In this document: piece by piece, positions 24,511 to 32,361 of the stretch
Layout: every line of letters begins with the position of its first letter
Numbering within the stretch: the first letter of the stretch is position 1
NCBI GenBank assembly: GCA_964529195.1
Contig: CAZGWM010000002.1
Location: 1 to 41,791 of the forward strand
Length of the DNA: 41,791 bases
Source of the DNA: an uncultured Muribaculaceae bacterium
GTDB lineage: Bacteria; Bacillota_I; Bacilli_A; RF39; UBA660
Reading direction: 5' to 3'
Translations under genes and position numbers: made by a program
Notes under the pieces: generated by a model
The model's input: only the letters and a program-made list of their open reading frames with translations
Databases searched by the model: none
What the model was told of the DNA's origin: nothing

Positions 24511-25980
24511 TTATTCAACGATTACTGTTCTTGTTTTTACGCCAAGATTTCCAGCTTCATCGACAGCTTTCCATGTAATTTTGTATGTTCCAGCTACTGA
24601 TGTATTTACTGTTCCAACTGATGTTAGTGTAATGTTTGCTGTTTCTGATACATTATCTGTTGCTGTTGCTCCAGCATCTGTATAATCATTAGCATTTGAT
24701 TCATTTAATGTAACAGTTACAATTTCATCACCTGTTAATTGAATTCTTGGTGGTGTTAGGTCTGCTCCTGCAGGTCCCTCTCCTTGGTTTGCATCTGGAC
24801 CAGTATAGTCAAAGTCATCTTCTGTGAATCTTTGTTTTGTAAATCCGAATGCAACATTAATCATTTTTCCTACTGATGCGAAATCGTAGTTATCGATATC
24901 TTGTCCTTCAATATAAATATATACTCTTAGTTTTGTAATACTATTTGGTGCAAGTGTTAATAATGTAGGTCTTGAAGTACCAGCTAAGAATTTTTGTGTA
25001 TCAGTAAATGTTTTTACTGGATCTAAGAATGATGCTGATCCTGCATATGTGTTATATACTAATCCATCATATATATCTACATTTGATTTTGAAGGTATAG
25101 CAGCTTTTATAGCATATGTAGGGTAAGCTAAGCCATCTACTACTACTCCACATGCAGATGAGTTATATGAAGCCGCTAATGTTATATCAGTTCCTCCAGA
25201 TACTCTTTGACGGCATGTTGTATTATACCAACCGATTGCTCCTTGTGTATGTGATGTGTCATTTGGTTCCCAAATTGTAGCAGCTCTACAAATTCCGGTT
25301 ACTCCTTCATCAGTTCCAGCACAGTCAATTCCTTGAATTAATTCTGCAGCTGAGCCTGGTGTTGTACCAATTACACGTCCAATTTCAGCAAAGGCTACTC
25401 TTACTGAGTTTTCAATTCCAGTTCCACCTGTACCTCCAACATCTGATACAACTACTCTTGAATCAGTTGTTAGATAAATTGCTTCTTCATCTTCTTGATT
25501 TAAAGCAGGAATATAATTTGTTCCAGTATAGTTTTTAACAAATAGGTCAAATGCTACATAGCCTTTGTACTCTGAATCACCATGGTTTTCTACTTCACTT
25601 GCTAAAAGTCTCATTCCACCAGGTGATGGTGTAAGTGATGCTTTTTCGTATAAGTATAATCTTGATGATGTTTGATTAATTTGCCCTACTGTTGACATTG
25701 GAAGCAGTCCAGTTCCAGCCCACCAGTTTGTGTTGTCTTCATATGTTGCTACATCATAGTTTGAACCATTTATGGTTACTGATTCACCAAATGTTATACC
25801 ATCTAGTGATAGTTGCAGACTATCTGTACCAGCAATTGTAACATCAAAACTAGTAACGTTAACTGTTTGCAGTCCAATAAACCATGCGTAAGTTGCTACT
25901 GATACTACTACAGCTGTTAGTGCAAATAGTATAACTAGATTTCTTACTCTTCTCATGGAATTTTTGTTCTTGTCTTTCAT
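24511..25980 (-). CDS. Island family paralogue B (489 aa) with C-terminal DUF5011-like Ig domain; candidate major subunit
   Basis: Start taken at MKDKNKNSMRR (GGAAAGAGGA RBS) rather than the ORF-track 26043. Signal ...VVVSVATYAWFIGLQTVNVTSFDVTIA. The C-terminal PPRIQLTGDEIVTVTL...YTDAGATATDNVSE...SVAGTYKITWKAVDEAGN...RTVIVE follows the DUF5011 pattern. The gene has its own promoter and terminator. Confidence 0.8.
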   Translation of the reverse strand: MKDKNKNSMRRVRNLVILFALTAVVVSVATYAWFIGLQTVNVTSFDVTIAGTDSLQLSLDGITFGESVTINGSNYDVATYEDNTNWWAGTGLLPMSTVGQINQTSSRLYLYEKASLTPSPGGMRLLASEVENHGDSEYKGYVAFDLFVKNYTGTNYIPALNQEDEEAIYLTTDSRVVVSDVGGTGGTGIENSVRVAFAEIGRVIGTTPGSAAELIQGIDCAGTDEGVTGICRAATIWEPNDTSHTQGAIGWYNTTCRQRVSGGTDITLAASYNSSACGVVVDGLAYPTYAIKAAIPSKSNVDIYDGLVYNTYAGSASFLDPVKTFTDTQKFLAGTSRPTLLTLAPNSITKLRVYIYIEGQDIDNYDFASVGKMINVAFGFTKQRFTEDDFDYTGPDANQGEGPAGADLTPPRIQLTGDEIVTVTLNESNANDYTDAGATATDNVSETANITLTSVGTVNTSVAGTYKITWKAVDEAGNLGVKTRTVIVE

Positions 25981-26074
25981 TTTTTCCTCTTTCCTTCTAT
26001 ATATTTTTTGTATATTATGCTTCCTACAAGTGATAATATACATATAATCGATATCTACTATCGTATATAGTATA

Positions 26075-26102
26075 ATCTTATCACATAGAATTTCTTTGTC
26101 AA
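26075..26102 (-). promoter_or_regulatory. Sigma-A-type promoter for paralogue B
   Basis: Minus strand TTGACA (26102..26097), 16 nt, TAAGAT (26080..26075). Same hexamers as the promoter at 24410..24438. Confidence 0.55.
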
Positions 26103-26110
26103 TATTATTA

Positions 26111-26152
26111 TAAGATTTTTTTAAAAAAAGACTTCCTTTTTTAGAAAATCTT
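26111..26152 (-). terminator. Weak AT-rich hairpin after paralogue A
   Basis: Minus strand AAGATTTTCT-AAAAAAG-gaagt-CTTTTTT-TAAAAAAATCTT nested stem, almost all A:T. Confidence 0.3.
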
Positions 26153-26153
26153 T

Positions 26154-27584
26154 TTACTCAACAATTACTTTTACAACTATCTCCTCAGCATAATTTCCAG
26201 CCCAGTCACTTACATTATATCTAACATAATACTCACCTGGTATATTTGTATTTACAGGATTTGTTACTTGAATTCTTCTTGTTATATCATCTATTAAAGG
26301 ACTACCATCAGGAAACTCAGCTGTTTTATCTATTGCAGTTGCATTTGGTGGTATAAATGTTGATCCTCTTGGAACTATTATTTCTCTTACATCTGGAGTT
26401 ATTGTTATTACTGGTGGCCAGTCATCTGTTCCTGCCTCACCAGATTCATAGAAGAAGTCTGTTGATGAGAATCTTTCTTTAGTAAATCCAAACTGGATAC
26501 TTAATCTTTTACCTACGGCTGCAAAGTCATAGTTATCTATATCTTGTCCTTCTAAATATATATATACTCTTATTTTAGTTATACTATTTGGCGCTAGTGT
26601 AAATATTTCTTTTCTATCAGTTCCAGTTAAATCTCTCATTGTATCGGTAAATGTATTTACGCTTGATAATCTAGTGCTATTTGTATATCTATTATATGCA
26701 GATCCATCATACACATCAACATTATGGTTAGATCCTATTGTATTATTTACTGAATATGTTGGATAGTATTTTCCGTCTTCTATTTTATTACATGAACCAG
26801 AGTATGATCCTGATGATCTTACATCAGATCCAGTTCTTCTTCTGCAAGTTGTATTATACCAGCTGATTGCTCCTTGGGTATGAGCTTTATCATTTGGTTC
26901 CCATATAACGGCATCTCTACATATTGATGTTACTAAATCTGTGTTTTTACATGCAATAGATGTTATTGTGTTTTGATCTTCTATTGAGGCAATTAATCTT
27001 CCAATTTGCATAAATGCTATTCTAACAGAGTTTTCAATTCCAGCACCTGGAGTTCCGCTTTTAGCAGTTTCAACTTCAGAGTCAATTGTTAGGTATAGTG
27101 CTTCTTCATCTAAATAATTTATATCTTTATAATATGCTTTTCCTGAGAAGTTTTTTATAAATAAATCAAAGGCTACATATCCTGGTTTTTCATATGCTCC
27201 ATCATTATTGACTCTACTTGCCATTAATCTAAATCCACCACTGGTAGCAGTCATTGATGCTTTTTCATATAAAATCATTCTTGATGTTGAAACATTTGCT
27301 TTTCCAGTTGATGACATTGGAATTAATCCTTTACCACCCCATGAGTTAGTGTGTCCTTCAAATAATTTATCATGATTTTCTTCATTTATAGTTACTTCAT
27401 TTGACCAGTTTTTTCCATCTACTGATATTAAGATACTTTCAGTTGAGGCAATTTTCATATCAAATGAAGTTATATTTACTGTTCTTAAGCTAATAAACCA
27501 TGCGTAAGTAGCTACTGATATTAACAGTGCGGTTATTCCAAATATAATTGCTGTATTTATTATTTTTCTTTTATTTTTAAGCAC
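26154..27584 (-). CDS. Island family paralogue A (476 aa) with C-terminal DUF5011-like Ig domain (GTG start)
   Basis: AGAGGTAA RBS, then GTG. Signal ...LLISVATYAWFISLRTVNITSFDMKIA and the same internal motifs. The C-terminus is PPVITITPD...ATAIDK...IPGEYYVRYNVSDWAGN...VKVIVE. Confidence 0.8.
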   Translation of the reverse strand: MLKNKRKIINTAIIFGITALLISVATYAWFISLRTVNITSFDMKIASTESILISVDGKNWSNEVTINEENHDKLFEGHTNSWGGKGLIPMSSTGKANVSTSRMILYEKASMTATSGGFRLMASRVNNDGAYEKPGYVAFDLFIKNFSGKAYYKDINYLDEEALYLTIDSEVETAKSGTPGAGIENSVRIAFMQIGRLIASIEDQNTITSIACKNTDLVTSICRDAVIWEPNDKAHTQGAISWYNTTCRRRTGSDVRSSGSYSGSCNKIEDGKYYPTYSVNNTIGSNHNVDVYDGSAYNRYTNSTRLSSVNTFTDTMRDLTGTDRKEIFTLAPNSITKIRVYIYLEGQDIDNYDFAAVGKRLSIQFGFTKERFSSTDFFYESGEAGTDDWPPVITITPDVREIIVPRGSTFIPPNATAIDKTAEFPDGSPLIDDITRRIQVTNPVNTNIPGEYYVRYNVSDWAGNYAEEIVVKVIVE

Positions 27585-27645
27585 GTTTTTACCTCTTTTT
27601 ATTTTATATCAATACTTTATCATAAGTGATTAAGGCAGGCAAGTT

Positions 27646-29298
27646 TTACCTAAACCCGCCGCCACCACCGCCGCCGCCAAAGGAACCGCCGCCGCCACCG
27701 CCTGATGAGAATCCTCCACCACCGGCAGAGTATGCAGCTGCTTTAGTTCTTGCGTTTATAGCACTTTTTGTTCCGGTTGTTGAAAACATATGAATATACA
27801 TTGCTGACTGGTAGTCTACATCTGTTATAACATCTGGATATAATCTTTTAAATTCTTTTGCTACTTCTTTAGCTATTCCAAATATTTGGGCAAACATTAA
27901 ATACTCATCCCATAAGTGAACTTCAATAGCTCTTTTATCTTCGATTGATGAAAATTCATTTAAGAATTTTTTTAAGCCCGCTACTTTTTTAGCTTCTTCG
28001 TATATTTGGATAGTTTCTTTATATGTTGTTTTAAGTTTTTTTTCTTTTAATAATAGTAATTTACTTACGGCTTTTTCTCTTTCAATTTTTATTACATCTT
28101 CAAACCACTTTATTATTTCTTCATAGTTTTTAGCGCAATATTTTTCAAATTCTTTTGATTCTAAGATTCCATCTCCACTTGCTGAAAGCATGTAGTTAAA
28201 CATTTTTAACTCATAGCCACTTAAATCTATTTTATCTTTATGAAGATGAAGATGAGTTTCTTCTTTTTCTTTTAATAATTTTTTTACGACAGCTTTTTCA
28301 ACTGTTACATATCCTTTTTTAACCCAGCTAAGTATTACTGCTCCTAGTAAGTCATTTTTATTTTTATTTAAGTTATAACTATCAGATAAAAAGTATCCAT
28401 AGTATATATCTTTATCACAAGGTATTTCTCTAAAGTAGTTTAAGTCTTTATCGAATTTTCCTTTTGAGATTTCTTTTTTAAAGTTTTTATTTTTAATTCC
28501 TGAGTTTTTAATTATTATTACAATTAATGTTACGGCTGCAATATAAATAAAAAATATTAAAGCTAAGAATTTAGAGTTATTATCTGTATAATGCTCCGCA
28601 TTTTCTTCGGCCATATCTAAATAGTAGTTAAATTCTTCATCTATTTTATTTACTGGATTAAAGATTCCTTTTGGAAAGTTAACAAGGATTGTCATATATT
28701 CAGATGCATCAAGCTTTCCATCACTATTCATCTCAATTATTCCATCATATACATAAGCAGTTCCGCCATAATTTCCATATCCCCATACATCTATTGTATC
28801 TTCAAAGTAATGGTTAGATCTTATTTTTATATTTACATTTTGTGGTTTACTTGATAATTCATATGGTATTAATGTCCAGTAAACTATGTCTGAGTCATTT
28901 AATGATGATACAAAGTTTGTTATTGTATATTTTAGTTTATATGTATTTGTTCCATATGAGCTTATTCCCCATACTAATTCTGTTTTATTTTCTTCTTTTA
29001 TTAGGCCATTTGAGTATGCTTTATCATCAAGTGATCTATTTATGTTCCAGCTATTTTCATATATATAAGGTTTATTATTCATTTCAACTGTGAAATCTCT
29101 TATTACAGAAGTTCCTAAATTATAATATGGTTTATAACCTTCTGTTCCTTCGTTTATTTTTGTTTTCCAGGTTTCAGTTATATGTGCATCTCCTGCATCA
29201 GTTATGAATATATCCATCTGAATATCTTTTATTTCATTTGCATAAACATTTAAGGTTGTTACAAATAATAATGTTAGTGTTAATATTATTTTTTTCAT
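27646..29298 (-). CDS. DUF2207-family membrane protein with poly-Gly C-terminal tail
   Basis: Signal peptide, central TM (FLALIFFIYIAAVTLIVIII), C-terminal SAGGGGFSSGGGGGGSFGGGGGGGGFR. The usual partner of LemA. Confidence 0.75.
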   Translation of the reverse strand: MKKIILTLTLLFVTTLNVYANEIKDIQMDIFITDAGDAHITETWKTKINEGTEGYKPYYNLGTSVIRDFTVEMNNKPYIYENSWNINRSLDDKAYSNGLIKEENKTELVWGISSYGTNTYKLKYTITNFVSSLNDSDIVYWTLIPYELSSKPQNVNIKIRSNHYFEDTIDVWGYGNYGGTAYVYDGIIEMNSDGKLDASEYMTILVNFPKGIFNPVNKIDEEFNYYLDMAEENAEHYTDNNSKFLALIFFIYIAAVTLIVIIIKNSGIKNKNFKKEISKGKFDKDLNYFREIPCDKDIYYGYFLSDSYNLNKNKNDLLGAVILSWVKKGYVTVEKAVVKKLLKEKEETHLHLHKDKIDLSGYELKMFNYMLSASGDGILESKEFEKYCAKNYEEIIKWFEDVIKIEREKAVSKLLLLKEKKLKTTYKETIQIYEEAKKVAGLKKFLNEFSSIEDKRAIEVHLWDEYLMFAQIFGIAKEVAKEFKRLYPDVITDVDYQSAMYIHMFSTTGTKSAINARTKAAAYSAGGGGFSSGGGGGGSFGGGGGGGGFR

Positions 29299-29351
29299 AT
29301 TTTACCTCTTATATATATATTAACATAATCGTAAAAAAAAAGAATTAAATT

Positions 29352-29903
29352 TTAGAATTTAACTCTTACATTTTCTTTTTCTTCTTTTGTTGCTTCAAAG
29401 AATGCCTCTTTTGTAAATCCAAATTGTTTTGCGATTAAGTTTGAAGGAAACACTTCTATTTTAGCATTGAATTTCATTACAACATCATTATAAAATTGTC
29501 TTGCATATGCAATTTTATCTTCAGTTTCAGTAAGGTCTGCTTGAAGTTTTACAAAGCCACTATCTGCTTTTAATTCTGGATAACTCTCAGATAAAGCAAA
29601 GATTCTTCCTAGCGCTGCGCTCATCTCTGAGCTGGCATTCATTTCTTCTTCTGGTGTATTTGATGACATATATTTATTTCTTGCTTCAATTACGCTTTGA
29701 AGAGTTTCTTTTTCATGTTTTGCATATCCTTTTACTGTTTCAACTAAATTAGGAATTAAGTCTGCTCTTCTTTTTAATTGTACATCTATTTGAGCCCACT
29801 GATTTTTTACTTTTTGTCTTAGTGTTACTAAACTATTATATACAGATACTACGTATACTAATAATATAACAACTACTGGAATTAATATGTATAATACTTT
29901 CAT
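29352..29903 (-). CDS. lemA: LemA family protein
   Basis: N-terminal TM followed by YNSLVTLRQKVKNQWAQIDVQLKRRADLIPNLVETVKGYAKHEKETL, the conserved LemA core. Confidence 0.88.
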   Translation of the reverse strand: MKVLYILIPVVVILLVYVVSVYNSLVTLRQKVKNQWAQIDVQLKRRADLIPNLVETVKGYAKHEKETLQSVIEARNKYMSSNTPEEEMNASSEMSAALGRIFALSESYPELKADSGFVKLQADLTETEDKIAYARQFYNDVVMKFNAKIEVFPSNLIAKQFGFTKEAFFEATKEEKENVRVKF

Positions 29904-29958
29904 TTTATCACTCTCTTTCTAAATTTATTTTATCATATGATTTTTTATAAAACAATAT

Positions 29959-30696
29959 TTATATAAATATGTAATCTATGATATCTCCATTTTTAAATTT
30001 AATTTTTAAGTTATATATTCCTTTTCCTACACCAGTGAATGTTATTTTATCTTTATCGTATATGTCTGTGTATTCATAGTTTATATCTGTCTCTTTATTA
30101 TTATAATAATTAGTGAATTTCTCAACTATAAATGCTTCACTTGATTTAATTTTAATTAATTCATCTTTATTTATTATGAAGTTATCTTCATTTAATGTTG
30201 GATGAATTATTTTAAATACTTCACTAGGTGAAATCATTTTATATCTTTGTCCTTTTATTAAATCGGGCATTGCATATATTTTAGAATATTCTTCTTCATA
30301 TTTTTTTTCTCTTGTTAGTTTTTCTTCATATCTAATCATTGTTGGATCAGCTAAAATATTATTTATTAGCTGTCTTTTTTCAAGTTCTGACTCTACTAGG
30401 GGATCGATATAACTTATTTTATATTCTTTTTTATATTTATAATAAGTTATTTTTAATTTATCGCCTTCCCAAAATATATTTGAGTGAATAACTAAGTCTC
30501 TATTTATATTATTAGGATCTTCATCTAAGGTAACTGATATATCTTTTCCACTTCTTCTTTCATTTACGGTTACATATCCATCATAAGTTAAAAGCGCGAG
30601 TGAATCATTTCTAAATATAAATATTAATACTGCTGTAAATATTATTAATATTAACATTGTAAATATAATTATTTTTTTTATATTTATCTTTTTCAT
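29959..30696 (-). CDS. Hypothetical membrane-anchored protein
   Basis: 245-aa ORF with N-terminal TM, GAGAAGG RBS, abuts the upstream pyrophosphatase gene. Confidence 0.6.
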   Translation of the reverse strand: MKKINIKKIIIFTMLILIIFTAVLIFIFRNDSLALLTYDGYVTVNERRSGKDISVTLDEDPNNINRDLVIHSNIFWEGDKLKITYYKYKKEYKISYIDPLVESELEKRQLINNILADPTMIRYEEKLTREKKYEEEYSKIYAMPDLIKGQRYKMISPSEVFKIIHPTLNEDNFIINKDELIKIKSSEAFIVEKFTNYYNNKETDINYEYTDIYDKDKITFTGVGKGIYNLKIKFKNGDIIDYIFI

Positions 30697-30697
30697 T

Positions 30698-32269
30698 TTA
30701 TACCTTCTCTATTACTTCCATTATATTAGGAACCATTTGTTTTTTTCTAGATACATATCCTTTAAATATTTCACCTTGCTTTATATCTTCTTTTCCATAT
30801 GCTTCTTCTAAGTATTTTTTAGATGATTCATTATATAAAAGATATGAATCATTTGTAAGAATATCTGTTATAAATAATGTTACAACTAAGTAGTTATGGT
30901 TTTTAGATATATTATTTAATTCTTTTACATATTTGTTTATATCTTTTTTATATTCATTAAATGATGTTGTAAAAACCTGCGCGACTGCTATTTTATTTAA
31001 TCCTGTTGTATATGTTTTAAAGTCTTTATTTATTATATCTAAGGGAGTTAATCCTTTTATACTAACTCCACTTTTTAAAAGTTCTAAACCATACTTTTCA
31101 ATATTTAAATTAGTATGACTTGATAAAATATTTGCTACTTCAATATCTTTTAAAGTTGTTGTCGGACTTTTTAAAAGTAGTGTATCTGATAAGATTCCTG
31201 ATAACATTAAAGCTCCTATATTTTTAGGTATTTTTATATTTTGCTCCTTGTACATATAATATATCACGGTATTAACAGATCCTACATTCATGTTTCTAAA
31301 ATTTATTGGGGCTGATGTTGAGATGTTTCCTATGTTATGATGATCTACTATTTCTAGTACGTTTGCTTCATTTATTCCATCAACACTTTGATTTATTTCA
31401 TTATGATCAACTAATATAATATTTTTTTTATTTACATTTGATGTATCAGTTAATCTCATCATTCCAAAACATATACCTTTATTATTTACTATTGGATAGT
31501 TTGTGTGTTTATATTTATTACTCTTTTCTTTAAAGTCAGTCAAATAATCACTTGGAGTAAATGTTATAACATCATCGGCTATTTTAATACTGCTAATTGG
31601 ATTTGATAAGCTTATTAAGTTTGATGTTTTATATATATCATACGGAGTTATAATAACATTATATTTTTTTTCATTTATTAAATCTATTTCTTTTTTTAAT
31701 AATTTTTTGTTATTTGTTAAAATTAATAATTCTATTTTTTCATCATATATAAATTCTTCAGTTATTAAAATACTTTTTTCTTTTATATCTTTAAATGTTA
31801 TCTCTCCATTTATAAATTCTTTAAAGTTATAAAAAGAACTTGCATATAATGTACTTGCTATATTATCACTTGAGGTGTTTATATAATTTGTTTTATTTAT
31901 GATTAAATCTTTAGCTATTTCTTTTAAAGAAGCATAACCAATAAATCTTTTTTTAAAGTTTATTACTGGAATTCCAGTTTGATCATTTTTAGTTATTTGT
32001 TTATAAGTTTTATATATAGATTTAGAATCTAGCGTGTAAAAATCTTTATTGTAATTAACATCATTTATTTGCTGTTTTACATCGTTTAAGTACTTTGGTA
32101 TTTTCATTTTAAATTTATTTAATACAAACATTGTTTCTTTATTTATGTCACTTAAAACTCTAGGCTCTGCATTTAGGCCCATTTTGTTTTTAAGATAACT
32201 AAGCGCAACTGAAGCACATACAGCATCTGTATCTGGTTTTTTATGTCCGATTACATATATTTTTTCCAA
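30698..32269 (-). CDS. ppaC: Family II (DHH) Mn-dependent inorganic pyrophosphatase with CBS-domain insertion
   Basis: IYVIGHKKPDTDAVCAS, LVDHNE, IVDHHNIG and GILSDTLLLKSPTT DHH/DHHA2 motifs, with a ~250-aa insertion. TTG at 32269 after GAGGAG preferred over the TTG at 32302. Confidence 0.85.
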   Translation of the reverse strand: MEKIYVIGHKKPDTDAVCASVALSYLKNKMGLNAEPRVLSDINKETMFVLNKFKMKIPKYLNDVKQQINDVNYNKDFYTLDSKSIYKTYKQITKNDQTGIPVINFKKRFIGYASLKEIAKDLIINKTNYINTSSDNIASTLYASSFYNFKEFINGEITFKDIKEKSILITEEFIYDEKIELLILTNNKKLLKKEIDLINEKKYNVIITPYDIYKTSNLISLSNPISSIKIADDVITFTPSDYLTDFKEKSNKYKHTNYPIVNNKGICFGMMRLTDTSNVNKKNIILVDHNEINQSVDGINEANVLEIVDHHNIGNISTSAPINFRNMNVGSVNTVIYYMYKEQNIKIPKNIGALMLSGILSDTLLLKSPTTTLKDIEVANILSSHTNLNIEKYGLELLKSGVSIKGLTPLDIINKDFKTYTTGLNKIAVAQVFTTSFNEYKKDINKYVKELNNISKNHNYLVVTLFITDILTNDSYLLYNESSKKYLEEAYGKEDIKQGEIFKGYVSRKKQMVPNIMEVIEKV

Positions 32270-32330
32270 AGTTAACTCCTCTACTATAAATAAATTATAC
32301 AATATATTTTTTAGTTTTTAAAGTTATGTA

Positions 32331-32339
32331 TGATATAAT
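32331..32339 (+). promoter_or_regulatory. Extended -10 element (TGaTATAAT) upstream of the VanY-like gene
   Basis: TGATATAAT 23 nt upstream of the TTG start. The -35 is weak. Confidence 0.35.
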
Positions 32340-32361
32340 TTTATTATAAGGATGTGATACT

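Noticed and set aside
24425-24685. 86-aa plus-strand ORF spanning the intergenic region and the 3' end of paralogue B
   Set aside because: It runs through a predicted minus-strand promoter and terminator and then antisense into a well-supported gene. It has no RBS.
25981-26043. N-terminal extension of paralogue B in the ORF track (MYIITCRKHNIQKIYRRKEEK)
   Set aside because: The internal ATG at 25980 has a strong GGAAAGAGGA RBS and gives an N-terminus collinear with the other paralogues. The extension lies in the predicted leader.
21176-27584. Paralogue family as type IV pilins or archaellin-like subunits
   Set aside because: There is no class III (G/FTLIE-type) prepilin motif, and no prepilin peptidase, PilB/ArlI-type ATPase or platform protein in the window. 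The associated peptidases are S26B SipW-type instead.
27655-27725. GC-rich island as a possible foreign insert, integron site or G-quadruplex element
   Set aside because: It is fully explained as Gly codons for the poly-Gly tail typical of DUF2207 proteins.
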